Shown in pieces: positions 41,866-53,215 of a DNA stretch of 64,000 bases. Location of the stretch: NCBI GenBank assembly GCA_000091205.1, contig AP006491.2. One strand, given 5' to 3'. The notes under the pieces are model-generated. The model was not told where the DNA came from. It searched no databases and saw only the letters and a program-made list of their open reading frames with translations. The stretch comes from Cyanidioschyzon merolae. Its lineage: Eukaryota. How positions within the stretch are numbered: the stretch's first letter is position 1; each line of letters opens with the position of its first letter. The position numbers and the translations under genes are program-made.

Positions 41866-43350
41866 TCAGCGCCCGAAAGGGTTTTCGCTCAGCATGAACG
41901 CGACGTCGGCCGGTGGCGTACGAGCAACTGTGCACCACGCCTCGCTACCGTACTTCTCAACAATGCTCCTGAGCTGAAGAGCGTCGTTAGGAACGGGGTC
42001 AATTTCCAGGCGATCGGCAGTAAGAGCTTTCTGCCAGAGTTTGATCATTCTTGCCGCTGCGAACTGGATTTCGCTGCTTTGCCGGGGATCTTGGATGCCA
42101 TGCAATGCCTGGGAGAGGCTTTCAGGCCATGACATCCTTGACGCAATCCAGACCGCGGCTGCTGCGCGAAAACTTGGCAAAATGCGGACACATAAAGGGT
42201 AGTCGACGAGGGCCAGTTCACACAGAAACAGCGCTAAACTGGCATGTTCCCGGTCAAGGCCGGCAAGGCCTGCATAACGACGCCAAAATGGGAGCGCAGT
42301 CACATCACAGAGCTCGAAATTCAAGCCCTGCAACAGCTGCGTCTCCATGACCTTCACCTGTGCTCTCGAGTAAGTTTCAGCACTGATAAACACAAAATCA
42401 TCAAGAAGCGGAACGGTGATTTCTTCCACTTTGGCTGCAACGAGCATGCACGTCATTCCGACCAATTGCAGAACCTCGCGTGATACAGGTTGCAAGGAGA
42501 GGTACCGATCAAGGTAGCAGACAGAGAGATGAAGCGTCTCGGTACTCAACTGGAATTCACTCGCAACCTCTGCGAGCCAGTCAACGAGGATCGCTCGCAT
42601 TCGAGCGTTGATGTGCGGCTCCTGAATGGCTTCGATATAGTCAAGGCGCGGTCGCCGCCTCGACTCCAGCTCATGGAGCGTCTCGTAAATTTCATCCGTC
42701 TCCTCTGCGCAGCAATGGATTGCCATGTTGGTCAAGTGCAACTCGGCTGGATCCGAGAGCGGGTCCGATGCCGCTTTCTCCGCTGCGAAAAGAGCATTGA
42801 TCATCGGTGAATACGAGCCCTGGCGAAGGCGAGCGCACGCAGCATGCGGACAACTTGTTGAAAGCGATCTTCTTGGACACCGAACCTGGCTCAGAACTGT
42901 GCTCGGTTGCGACACCTCAAGGTCAGCTCGCTCGGCCACGCGTGTTTCGCAGGTCGCCTGCATCGCGAGCTCGGTTCCTGCGCCGAGGCGAACGGATCCA
43001 TCCTTCTCGCACGAGACATATTCCTGAGTGGATATCCGAATGGCCTCCGTGCGCTTGCGCCATCGAGCGTATGGTGCGTCCGGCTGCGGCAAAAGCGACG
43101 GAATTCCCGACCAAGATGCGTTCGGCTCTGTGCCAGTGCATTCGGTTTTCGAGGCCTCAATGGAGACGCGACTGCCATGGCTGAGCGATGGCGCGCGTGC
43201 GCTTGCACTAGGCGGGCAAGTGCTCTCAACTCCGCCCCGTCTCGGTGGCTGGTTAGTCGACGCGATATCTCGACGCGGAACTGGTGGATCAATGGCTCGT
43301 CGACTGGCTCTCCCACGCCGCGGCTCCCGTCCACTACGAAGAGATTGCAT
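41866..43350 (-). CDS. A/B-type cyclin with a C-terminal cyclin box and a low-complexity N-terminal region.
   Basis: RMRAILVDWLAEVASEFQLSTETLHLSVCYLDRYLS...LQLVGMTCMLVAAKVEEITVPLLDDFVFI is the cyclin-box signature. Confidence 0.8.
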   Translation of the reverse strand: MQSLRSGREPRRGRASRRAIDPPVPRRDIASTNQPPRRGGVESTCPPSASARAPSLSHGSRVSIEASKTECTGTEPNASWSGIPSLLPQPDAPYARWRKRTEAIRISTQEYVSCEKDGSVRLGAGTELAMQATCETRVAERADLEVSQPSTVLSQVRCPRRSLSTSCPHAACARLRQGSYSPMINALFAAEKAASDPLSDPAELHLTNMAIHCCAEETDEIYETLHELESRRRPRLDYIEAIQEPHINARMRAILVDWLAEVASEFQLSTETLHLSVCYLDRYLSLQPVSREVLQLVGMTCMLVAAKVEEITVPLLDDFVFISAETYSRAQVKVMETQLLQGLNFELCDVTALPFWRRYAGLAGLDREHASLALFLCELALVDYPLCVRILPSFRAAAAVWIASRMSWPESLSQALHGIQDPRQSSEIQFAAARMIKLWQKALTADRLEIDPVPNDALQLRSIVEKYGSEAWCTVARTPPADVAFMLSENPFGR

Positions 43351-43973
43351 CCGGGCTAATATATAGTTAGCCTACCTCGGGTATAAACTTGGCAAAGGGG
43401 CAAAGCAGCGGCTGCTCTGTGGCGTTCAGTTGCGGTATACCGCAAAGCCCAGCCGAGGCAAGCCACTGCAACGCCCGCGGCGTGCAAGCCACCACGAAGC
43501 CGCCAAAAGCCAATAGCTCCTCTGTTAACCCACCGATATCTTTTCGCAGCCACAAGCTCGTGATACCACGCTAGATCTAGCTCAGACTTGAAAAAGAAAC
43601 AACGAATAGCGGCAGCTGAAGTGCAACGCCGCCCCAGCTCGCGGAATACGCGGGATGCACACACGAGCCATGGCGGACGCATCATGGCGCCTTCGGCTTT
43701 GGCGCGCCTTCTGGCTCCGCAGCCAAGCGGATTTGCGCCGCTGCGCCGCTGCACCTGGCGGCGATCGGCTGTGCAGGCGCGTTGCCGCCAGCGCTACCGT
43801 TCGATTTGCGGATCGCCGACCGCTGGTGCGCTGTGCTGCGGTGAAACGCGCACTGCGTCCATCGCTCTGCGCGACGTACAACGCCGGGGCAACGGCGAGT
43901 GCATACATGCGTGCGTGTGCGCTTTACAGTTGCCCGGTAGACTAAACAAGTACACTGTAGCGCAGCTGCGTTC

Positions 43974-44783
43974 ATGTTCGTCAATGTTGCCTTGTTTGGG
44001 CAGTGTGTTGAAAACAGGTCCACTTTCGAGAACCGAATAACGCGTGGGCCGGCGCGAGCGCTACCGCGAAACAGTGCGCAGTCGCGAGGCAGGGATCACG
44101 CACGTCGCTGGCGCGCCTGTTCCACGCTGCACTGGACGCAACGCCTACCAGACCGAGGTGTGGTGTCGGCGCGGTATACGCTGCCAACTTTGGTGTTTGT
44201 GCTCGGCGGTCCAGGTTCGGGTAAAGGCACACAGTGCAGACGCCTTGCGGAGGAGCTGAACTGGGCGACGGTTTGCGTTGGGCAGTTGCTTCGGGAGGAG
44301 GCCACACTTCGTCGAAAAGAACCTCGCGGTGCATACCTTGAACACCTCCTGAGCCGCGGTGAAATAGTGCCGGGGCATATAACCATTGAGCTGCTGCTGG
44401 ATCGCTGCGCCGCTTTTTCCGGGAAGAGTGGCGGCATTCTTGTGGACGGGTTTCCGCGGGCCCTGGAGCAGGCCGAGGCCTTCGAGCGAGCCGCTGGCGC
44501 GTCGTGCGCGTTTGCCGTTTTCTTTGCGTGTAGTGAAGATGTAATGATCTCACGTTTACTAGAGCGTGGGAGAACAAGCAACAGAACCGACGATAACCTC
44601 GAAACCATTCAACGACGACTGATAACCTTCCGACATACCAGCATGCCGGTGATTGAAAAGTACCGGCAGCTCGGAAAACTGGTCGAAATCAACGCCGACG
44701 CCGACGTCGACTCGGTTGCAGCAGCAGTACGCCGAGAATTTGCGATACGCGGTTTTACACGAAATGTAAATGTAGAGATTTGA
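43974..44783 (+). CDS. UMP-CMP kinase/adenylate kinase family protein with a ~78-aa N-terminal extension. Possibly organelle-targeted.
   Basis: VFVLGGPGSGKGTQC, ILVDGFPR, FFACSEDVMISRLLERGRTSNRTDDNLETIQRRLITF match UMP-CMP kinase motifs. Confidence 0.85.
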   Translation: MFVNVALFGQCVENRSTFENRITRGPARALPRNSAQSRGRDHARRWRACSTLHWTQRLPDRGVVSARYTLPTLVFVLGGPGSGKGTQCRRLAEELNWATVCVGQLLREEATLRRKEPRGAYLEHLLSRGEIVPGHITIELLLDRCAAFSGKSGGILVDGFPRALEQAEAFERAAGASCAFAVFFACSEDVMISRLLERGRTSNRTDDNLETIQRRLITFRHTSMPVIEKYRQLGKLVEINADADVDSVAAAVRREFAIRGFTRNVNVEI

Positions 44784-45018
44784 AAAGGGATTCGCGGGCG
44801 TGTGCCGCTGCCGTCCAGCTGATCCACAGCACCGCTGCGTTCCCTACCCGCACGTCGATCCACGGGGCTCCCAGTGCGGGCGTAGAACGCCATACGAGGC
44901 CTGTCGCTAGCCACGCGATAGCGCAGGACGCGCCCGCACACACCAAGGACGCTCCATAGGCCATAACCGGTCAAACTGGTTCGCCGCTCGCAGTCGCAGC
45001 GGCATCGCGCAGAACTGT

Positions 45019-45441
45019 CTATTTTTTGGGTTTTGCTCCGGCCCCGCTGCTGTTGCCGCTGCCAGCACCACCACTACCTTGCTGTCGAGCCTTGATTTCC
45101 TTGAGTGCTGCAGCTCGCGCTGCTGTTTTCACTTGCGCCCGCGGGGCTTGTCGTTTCGCTCGAAGCACTTCAATAGACGCACCCTCGACCGGCTTTTGCA
45201 CCGTCTTTACAGCGCGCCTCCTAGTACGCCTCTTCTCCTGCTCCTCCTGGCCCTTGCGGTGCAACCGCCTGTAGATGTACGTCCAGTTCAGAGACGCAGG
45301 TTTGCGACGCATGTGGAACGACGACTTGCACTTGGAGTTGGCGAAAACAAACACTTTGCCGTCAGACCGGACGAACGTAGAGCCGTGGCCAGGGTAAATA
45401 CGGAAACCCGAAAAGTTGCAGATTTGTGTACGTACCACCAT
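45019..45441 (-). CDS. RPL24: 60S ribosomal protein L24 (eL24), ~140 aa.
   Basis: MVVRTQICNFSGFRIYPGHGSTFVRSDGKVFVFANSKCKSSFHMRRKPASLNWTYIYRRLHRKG..., followed by a K/A-rich tail. The start is set at the internal ATG. Confidence 0.9.
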   Translation of the reverse strand: MVVRTQICNFSGFRIYPGHGSTFVRSDGKVFVFANSKCKSSFHMRRKPASLNWTYIYRRLHRKGQEEQEKRRTRRRAVKTVQKPVEGASIEVLRAKRQAPRAQVKTAARAAALKEIKARQQGSGGAGSGNSSGAGAKPKK

Positions 45442-45771
45442 GGCTGGGTTTCTGCACAGAAGAGAGCCGGTTGTTGGCGCATAGCCGATGGTACGCCTGC
45501 ACCAAATGACGCCGTGCCGCGCCACCGCCGCGCGTTCGATGAAGAAACGGAACTATATGGGTTATTTCTATATTTTTAGGGAAAATATGAACAGGCCTGC
45601 GAGCGCGCGCATCAGTGCGAAAATCAGCGCCTGAGCATGGGTCTAGGATTCCGAGATTCCCGCTGGACCTCCTGATCCCGAGTGCGCGTGGACGCTTATC
45701 AGCGTTCAGCTGAGGCAGTTCCTGATCGAAACCCTCTTCCCGGAACGCTTCCGTGTGAGAAAAGCGCCTTC

Positions 45772-47916
45772 TTAGGCAGGGGGGGTTTGTGCAGGGACCG
45801 CTTCCGTGGCGTCCAGCTTCTTCGCTGTTGCCGCGGCGTAGTGCAAGGCGGCAACGAAGAGGCGACAAACTTCCCACGAGCTCTGGTTTGCGCAAACTCT
45901 CCCGAGCGGTATGATGTCTTCGTTGCACCTAGCGTCGTGCACGAGTTTTGTGACGCGCTCGACGTATGTGGGGATAGAAAAGTTGGGCCGCTGCTCCGCA
46001 GCCGCCAGACGGGGTTGCAGCTCGGCTTGCCAGGTTGCTACTCGCTGATGGAGAGCGTTTTCTTCTTCAAGCCGTCGCCAGGCTGCGGCTGTTTCGTTCA
46101 GGTAGCGCCGACAGATCTGTTCAAAACTTTCGACAAGAGCTTGGGAATCGACGCCGGTCGCTTCGTGCTCCCCAAACAAAAACGCTCCTTGTTCCTCAAA
46201 CGGGTCAGGGCCGAGTGCGTCCAATGCACCCAGCATTGCGTGACTTGCGTCACCGGCATGATAGGGGGTTCCCGTCTCAGTGACCGGCCCGATAGAGGCG
46301 TTTGTATTCAAATCGCCCGGGATGCGCTCCAACGATGAGCTGGGATACTCCACAGAGCTAGAGTCATCTTCGTCGCTGTCATCATCGATGGATTCGTACG
46401 CATCATTAGCGATGGCCTTTTTCTTTCCGCTGGAACACACTGAGCACCGAACGCGCTCGCATGCGCGCAGTGCGCGAATGCTGGCATCCAATGGTGGGAA
46501 CAACGACCCTCGAAAAATGATGTGCATCCAGGCACGCGCCCATTCGCTGCCTCCCGAACTTGTGACGAATGACGCATCGCCCAAATGCGTTTGAGTGTTC
46601 ACAAGATCGGAGGGCACCCCAGGAATGCGCTTCCGATAAAGGACCCAGTTTTGATACGCTTCAAAGGCAGAAACATTTGGTACGGCTCGACATGAGGTGT
46701 GTCGGCGGCCTTTTCGAAAGGGTCGCTCTCGGTCCACGACTTGTTGATCTGCAGGATCTCTCGTGTCATCCTTGTCGGGGAACATTTCCAGAAATTTCCA
46801 TTGCCTCTCTGGAGACCCGCCGTGGACCCGGTTCTTCCGTCGCTGTCGCCGTCGCTCTCTCTGCTGTATGCTCGTATCGCGCAAGGTAATCTCTAGGGTT
46901 GGCATCAGCGCCTCCTGGGAGAGGTTCAATGGCTCTGCACCAAAGCCCCACTCTACATACTGAGCATCTGCGTCCTCCATCGCATTCGGCGTTGCGTCTC
47001 TGATCTCCACAGCGGGCTCGAAATCGCCCAGTGTTTGCGCCGTTTCCTCGTAAATTAAATCTTCAGGAGCAATACCCAGAAGGAGAGCACCACTGCGCCC
47101 ATGGATCTGGGACCACCTCACCCACAGACGGTCCAAATCGAGTAGGTCTACGTCTTGTACCGGAATCGAAAAACCCGGCAGATTCCAAGGCGCCGTCGCA
47201 ACGGAGTTGGAGGCCGACACGCTAGCATTGCTCGCAGTCCGCGAAGCTGGCGTCCGCCAGCCAGGCGTTCCTGGCGTTGCAACCGTGATCGTACGTGTCT
47301 CCTGGCCGTTGAGCCCTAACCGATAACTACTTTCATCCGCGCATGCGCTCAAGTATTCTGAATCGGATTCGGCGGCTTCTGGATATTGGAATCCGGGCTC
47401 ATCCAAGTCCAGCGTTTCGAGTCGGGCGTAGGGCACGAGTTCGGCGATGTCCTCGAAGGCTCGCTCAGCCGCCACATATCTGCGATATGCCGCCATCGTG
47501 AGTGCCCCGCGCACAGCGCCACTGGCTGGGTTCAGCCCCCGAGCAGTGGGCAACGGCTCCGTTGCGGACGCAGCACTGTCACCTTCTTCGGTGCCGTCGA
47601 CAGATCTGCGCTTTCCGCGCTGCTTGTTCTGAGTCTCTGCACGCTCAGCAGACTCCGAGACGAAAGCTTCTAGAGCCTGGTACACAAGCTGGTAAAGATG
47701 CTCCACTTTGCGCCCGTAAATATCAGCCGAATGCTGCACAAGAACAGCAGCGTCAGCAAAGCGCAGTCGAGCCTCCTCTGGGAGAAGCTCGAGACTTTCC
47801 ACGAACTTTTCCAACTCTGCGGCAACATCAACCGACCAGTTCTCTGAAAGCTCCTTAAGCGGTTTCAGGAGTTGGCACCAGCGTGTCTCCAGCGAAGCGT
47901 CTCCCATGGGAGACAT
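45772..47916 (-). CDS. NCAPH2: Condensin-II complex subunit H2 (kleisin-beta, NCAPH2-like), 714 aa.
   Basis: The N-terminus WCQLLKPLKELSENWSVDVAAELEKFVESLE...AAVLVQHSADIYGRKVEHLYQLVYQALEAF matches the conserved NCAPH2 N-terminal domain. Confidence 0.7.
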   Translation of the reverse strand: MSPMGDASLETRWCQLLKPLKELSENWSVDVAAELEKFVESLELLPEEARLRFADAAVLVQHSADIYGRKVEHLYQLVYQALEAFVSESAERAETQNKQRGKRRSVDGTEEGDSAASATEPLPTARGLNPASGAVRGALTMAAYRRYVAAERAFEDIAELVPYARLETLDLDEPGFQYPEAAESDSEYLSACADESSYRLGLNGQETRTITVATPGTPGWRTPASRTASNASVSASNSVATAPWNLPGFSIPVQDVDLLDLDRLWVRWSQIHGRSGALLLGIAPEDLIYEETAQTLGDFEPAVEIRDATPNAMEDADAQYVEWGFGAEPLNLSQEALMPTLEITLRDTSIQQRERRRQRRKNRVHGGSPERQWKFLEMFPDKDDTRDPADQQVVDRERPFRKGRRHTSCRAVPNVSAFEAYQNWVLYRKRIPGVPSDLVNTQTHLGDASFVTSSGGSEWARAWMHIIFRGSLFPPLDASIRALRACERVRCSVCSSGKKKAIANDAYESIDDDSDEDDSSSVEYPSSSLERIPGDLNTNASIGPVTETGTPYHAGDASHAMLGALDALGPDPFEEQGAFLFGEHEATGVDSQALVESFEQICRRYLNETAAAWRRLEEENALHQRVATWQAELQPRLAAAEQRPNFSIPTYVERVTKLVHDARCNEDIIPLGRVCANQSSWEVCRLFVAALHYAAATAKKLDATEAVPAQTPPA

Positions 47917-48039
47917 CGGCTTTAACGTCCGCTCCCACCGAGTAACACAGACGCTGTGCTTTGTTAGGGGCTTTCAAAAATTGCGCCACAGCGATCCGCA
48001 GGCGCGATGGGTACAGCACCTCTCGCGCCTGCGTGCGTG

Positions 48040-48079
48040 CGTGCGTGCGTGCGTGCCTGCCTGCCTGCCGATTCGTATT
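48040..48079. repeat. (GCGT)n(GCCT)n microsatellite.
   Basis: gcgtgcgtgcgtgcgtgcgtgcgtgcctgcctgcctgcc. Confidence 0.9.
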
Positions 48080-49737
48080 GCGCAGGAATCGAGGGGAAGC
48101 CTCGGAAATGCCACTTCTCCGACGGCAAGGGTGCTTTATGGATTCTATCAGCCAGAGGAATGATTTTCCGCGTTTTCCGGTTGCTCGAGATCATGCATAA
48201 GCCGCAAAGTTCGCTCTGCAGGGATCCGTGTCCTGCAGCAACACCTTTGGCCTCGTTGTGTTCCTCAGTGATGACAGATGTTGTTTGAACATGCTGCGTT
48301 GTGCTGGGCGAGTGCGATCAGGCACCCCGCAGCTAGTGAGTTGCCCAGAAAGCGCTTTGATTCGTGCAATCTTTTCAGCGAAGCTGCTCGGCTCTAGAAA
48401 TGGTAAGGACATAGCGGGTCTTAGAGCTACATACCCGCTCGACCCTGGTGGAAGCACCAGGAGCAGAAGCGTGGGTTGTAAGCAGGTGTGTGTTTTCTCT
48501 TGCCAAAGGGACGATCGGCGCGAAACGAAACCTTTAGATGGTGGCCCGCTTCGCGGCCTTCACACGCGCTTCCTGATGGGGCGAAGCTGCTGTTCCAGCA
48601 TCTGGTATCACAGGAAAACGCAGTGATGAAGACCCGACAACTGCCCTGAACATTGTCGATTCCCAGAGACGAGGTACGCGCCCTCATTCGAGTGCGGACC
48701 GCTTGGCATAGAGTCGGTTACGCGTTGCTGGTACGCATATGACCAGTACACGCACTGCGAACGCTGCTGCACAATAAAATAGCGGCACCTAGCGCCTTAA
48801 CAGCGCTCGCGGCCGCGTACTGTACCAACGAGTTTCACGAGACCGTGCAAACGTCCCTGGAAGCTGGATGGCAACGACAGTCTGGCATCACGGGGCTGTG
48901 GACGGTTGGGCGCTCAAGGATGCTGGACGTAGGCGCTATCGAATGTAGAAAGCCTTCACGGATACTGGTTCCGCGTGTATCGTACGTGCCATATTAGTGC
49001 CGACGCACCGGCTTCAACGCGAATCCACCGGTACCAAGAGGCATGATTTTGCCGGGAGCATTTTTGTGGCAACCACACCACTTTTCATGGACTAAGATAC
49101 TGTCACCACGCCGCGCTGGACCTCATTCTAAAGTTACCCTCAGCAGTGCAGCAGACAGCTTGTCGGCCAACAACACGCTCTGATTCGAGCGTGCCTTGTC
49201 AATTTACTCGGATAGTGCCCTTTGTCGGTCAACTCCCCAGCAAAACTAATCCAACAACCCGGTGAACAGAGTCGTCGAAGACGCTCCTGTGCCCACAGAG
49301 CTGCTCCTGGAACTGGACTCGCGGCGCTGTCCGAGCGGGTGCGGTAAAGGTCGTCGCGTTCTGCCGCAGTAGCTTGAAACCTCACTCGCAACGCACTGCT
49401 AATGCGCTACGGCACACTCTACTCGAGCAGAGACACTGCATACGTTCTGTAAACCCGCGACCCCAGAACAGGCTTCCAGCTTCACGGAGGCAGGGCTTTG
49501 GAGGAACAGCGTTTCCATCAGCACAGCGTCGAGCGGAACGCAAGTGCGCCTCGGACGCAGGGCGCCTCGGACGCAGGCAACTCGTTTCATGGTCTTCGTA
49601 CCGCGGCGCTGCACAACGGACGACATACATACTGCGGTTCTGTTCCAGTGCGGGTATCGCAAAGACGATCGACGTCTTCATTGTGTGCCTCCTGCACTAC
49701 TCTCGAGAGTCATTAGCACTTCTTGGTGCTGCGGGCA

Positions 49738-51774
49738 ATGAGTGGCGCCGAGCAAGCAGCCAGCGAGCTGCTTCGGAGCCGTGGCGTCGATGTCGACGGC
49801 CAGCGAAGAGGAAGGCAAAACGGAGACGATTCTGCGAGAAACATCTTCTTTTTCATCGAGAACCAGGGACATCGTGCTGATCCAGTAGCAGTTAGTGAAC
49901 AGTATCGGTCGCTTCGCAGCTGGGTGGAGAACGCACTGGACATGTACAAGGGCGAGCTCGTAAGTGTCTTGTATCCGCTGCTGGTGCATAGCTTCCTGGA
50001 CCTGGTCGAGCAAGGACACCAGGAAGCTGCGGAGAGTTTTCTTAGGCGCTTCGGCAGTGAGTTTCAGGATCGTGGACATCGTGACGAGCTTATTGCGCTC
50101 TCCAGCGTCTCCCTACCGGAGCATATCGGCCAGAATGAAGTGGCTCGCCTGTTTCGGGAGAACAGGTATCAGCTGCAGTTTTCTGCCTATGGATGGCAGC
50201 TCTTGGTGTCTTTCCTACGAGACTCGGGAGGCTTCTTTTTCCTGCGCATACTCAACGAGCACACCCGCGTTCAGATCGAAACCGTCGGCACAGATCCACT
50301 AGCGGATGCTGCCGGGGTCACGGTGGATGCCAAAGCAACGGACGGCTTTGTGGGGGCAAACGAGCGCACGTCACTGCTGCGCATTCCCGTGCAATGGGGC
50401 CTCCTCCGTGAATCAGACTACGTCACTGAGGATACCGAAATTGACATCGATCGCGCCTACTTGGAGCGAATGGCTCGCGAGCGCGATGCGGAGCGTGCGG
50501 TGGCGGATACAACCGGCTCCACGGCGGCCGCCGAAACCAAACCGGGCCCTGCGCCTTCGGGGAAGACTCCCGGAAGCGAACGAGACAAAGCATCGACCGG
50601 CCGCAAGAGCGGTGCTAGAGCAGCCGCGATGTCCAGCCGCGGAGCGGACGGCACCGGAAAGACCTCCGACGCGAGCGGCGGATTTCTAGACATGTCGCAG
50701 TCGATACCGGTGCCTAGAATTTGGCGCTCCTCTGGGATGTTACCGTCACTGGAGGACCTGCGAAAGCGTGTTCAAGTGTCAGCAAACGCGCTCCCATCGG
50801 TGCTCTTCTACACGCTCCTGAACTCCCATGGGTTGGTGAATGCGATGGATATTTCGAACGATGGCTCTCTGCTCGTCACTGGCTGCGATGACTCCGTTCT
50901 GAGACTCTACAAGGTTCGACAGGAGCTTCAGAATACAAGCGAGTCGGACAAGGACCGCGGAACCAATCTTTCTGGAGAGATTCCCTCGCTTTCCGTTTCG
51001 CAGGTCCTGGTGGGCCACGCTGGCCCTGTCTACGCGGTCCATACCTCCGCTGACGGGCGCTACTGCATATCGAGCTCCGAGGACGGCACCGTTCGCCTAT
51101 GGGATCTTCAGCTCGGCACAGACCTCGTAGCGTACCCCTGCCACGAATCACCGATATGGGATGTTCGGTTCGCGCCTCTGGGAAGATATTTTGTGACTGC
51201 CTCACACGATCGCACTGCGCGTCTGTTTTGTACGGATCGACTGTCACCGCTTCGTTTGTTTGCCGGGCATATGACCGATGTAGACTGCGTCAGCTGGCAT
51301 CCTAACTGTAACTATGTGGCAACAGGTTCAAGTGATCGTAGTTGTCGTTTATGGGACTGTCGAACGGGCGACTGCACGCGGATCTTCTTGGGCCATAGGG
51401 CGCCGCTGACGGCGTTGGCGTTCTCTCCAAACGGTCGTCTTCTGGCGACAGCGGATTTCAATGGCACGATTTTGCTCAACGATATCGCTGAGGGTCGCCT
51501 TCTTAAGCGATTCTCTGAGCATACCGATGCCGTTTGGTGCTTAGACTTTTCGCAAGGCGATGGTTCGATACTGGCCAGTGGCGCTGGTGATAACTCCATT
51601 CGGCTGTGGCCGGTGCTTACAAATACGCTGGACGCTTCGGGTTCTTCCGTAGATGCTGTGCATGATTCAAGTTCGTTGCGCGTGATGCGAACAAAGAGCA
51701 CGCCGGTGTTGGGTCTGCGCTTTTCATGGCGCAATTTGTTGCTTGCAGGTGGCTCGTTTCGTGCGTTGACCTAG
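49738..51774 (+). CDS. TAF5: TAF5-like protein (TFIID subunit 5 / TAF5L-type): NTD2 domain plus C-terminal WD40 repeats, ~679 aa.
   Basis: NTD2-like YRSLRSWVENALDMYKGELVSVLYPLLVHSFLDLVEQGHQEAAESFLRRFGSEF...QFSAYGWQLLVSFL. It is followed by at least 6 WD repeats (GHAGPVYAVHTSADGRYCISSSEDGTVRLWDL, GHMTDVDCVSWHPNCNYVATGSSDRSCRLWD ...). Confidence 0.8.
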   Translation: MSGAEQAASELLRSRGVDVDGQRRGRQNGDDSARNIFFFIENQGHRADPVAVSEQYRSLRSWVENALDMYKGELVSVLYPLLVHSFLDLVEQGHQEAAESFLRRFGSEFQDRGHRDELIALSSVSLPEHIGQNEVARLFRENRYQLQFSAYGWQLLVSFLRDSGGFFFLRILNEHTRVQIETVGTDPLADAAGVTVDAKATDGFVGANERTSLLRIPVQWGLLRESDYVTEDTEIDIDRAYLERMARERDAERAVADTTGSTAAAETKPGPAPSGKTPGSERDKASTGRKSGARAAAMSSRGADGTGKTSDASGGFLDMSQSIPVPRIWRSSGMLPSLEDLRKRVQVSANALPSVLFYTLLNSHGLVNAMDISNDGSLLVTGCDDSVLRLYKVRQELQNTSESDKDRGTNLSGEIPSLSVSQVLVGHAGPVYAVHTSADGRYCISSSEDGTVRLWDLQLGTDLVAYPCHESPIWDVRFAPLGRYFVTASHDRTARLFCTDRLSPLRLFAGHMTDVDCVSWHPNCNYVATGSSDRSCRLWDCRTGDCTRIFLGHRAPLTALAFSPNGRLLATADFNGTILLNDIAEGRLLKRFSEHTDAVWCLDFSQGDGSILASGAGDNSIRLWPVLTNTLDASGSSVDAVHDSSSLRVMRTKSTPVLGLRFSWRNLLLAGGSFRALT

Positions 51775-53047
51775 GTTTCCGGTACAACAAGGCAGTCGTA
51801 CCAGTGCGTTAAAGTATAGTGCACCAACTTGTTTTGTCGTCATCGCCAATGCGATACCGTTTTAGCATTGCGTTGGCGATCGGGAAGAGGTATAGAAACA
51901 AGAGGAAGCGTATGCGGATGTTGCTCATGGTAGAGGTTCTGTCACATGGACAGGTGTCGCACTATTTCGAGGGCGCGAGATCCACGTTTTCGATCAAGAA
52001 TGCGATGGATTCAATTTCTTGCGTCGTGCGCGGGGTTTGAGGAACAGCAGAGATCCCTCTCTCTTGGTACGTATGCCTTTCCGGAATCCACTCGATGAAC
52101 CCAGCTTGATGATGGGTTTCACGGGGCGAAATTGCTCCACGAAGCATCATCTCTTCCCTGGCTGGCTGTTGACCAAGTTGACAGCGAATAATTCCAGGAT
52201 AGGAGGTCTCATTTCGTCGACGCAGCCGAGAAGAGCGCGTCTTGAGGAAACGCGGGCGCTCGGGTTGCATGCGCATGCGACGGGACACCAAGATGCCGCT
52301 ATACTCAGGCAGCTTCAATACGTCATCCCATGATACTCGGGGATGTGCCTAGTCAGGGTCTCTTGCATGCTGCGGATACATGCGCGACTTCCGCAACGAG
52401 GCGCTGGATGACGCTCGTCTTTGTTTTGCTTCGCTTTTGGCAGGAGACGCGTCAGTCTCGCATCGACGGACCGCTGGGCGTGCATCCCCATGAACCGGAC
52501 GGGCGCATGCGAGCCAACGTGGACATCAGCCCGCGAGATAGACGGCGTGCATCGACGAGCGGAATAAAGCCTGCAAGTACACCAGCACACTTGTTCATGA
52601 AGAAGCGTATACGTGCGTATACGCGTGAGCGACGGCCTGTTGACGCGCACTGGTGCACACCCGTGGGCCCCATACACGCTGACACGAGCGTACAGCGATA
52701 CACCTCTGGTGTGTGTGTTTGTATGTGTGACACTGGGTACACGTCTCTGTTGGCCTCGACGTCTCCTAGTGTCCGTTCCCGCACGCACAAGCACGATCGC
52801 AGCGTTTCGACTCGTGAACACACATATCGCTAGCACGACATGCTTGCCTAGAACACAGTTCATAGCTGCCCATTCCCTGATCGTTGGCGTATGTTTGCAA
52901 AGCGGCGCATCGCATGACATTGCATCATAACGCACAGGGCGTTGCGCGATGATAATGACACGTCTCCGACCGAGACAACCCGGTACGCTGTACTGCGTCG
53001 CGCCTGCAAAGCGATGAATACTGAATCCTGAGTCATGAGTCATGAAC

Positions 53048-53215
53048 GATGCGACGCCACCATCAGCGATCGATCGATTGATTTGACATAGTGTGGCGCT
53101 GCGTGCGCGCGATGCGGCGCCACCATCACCGATCGATCGATTGATTTGACGTAGTGTGGCGCTGCGTGCGCGCGATGCGACGCCACCATCAGCGATCGAT
53201 CGATTGATCTTTGAT
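53048..53215. repeat. 63-bp tandem repeat, ~2.7 copies.
   Basis: The unit gatgcgacgccaccatcagcgatcgatcgattgatttgacatagtgtggcgctgcgtgcgcgc is repeated head to tail. Each unit contains a near-inverted repeat gcgacgccac...gtggcgctgc. Confidence 0.9.
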
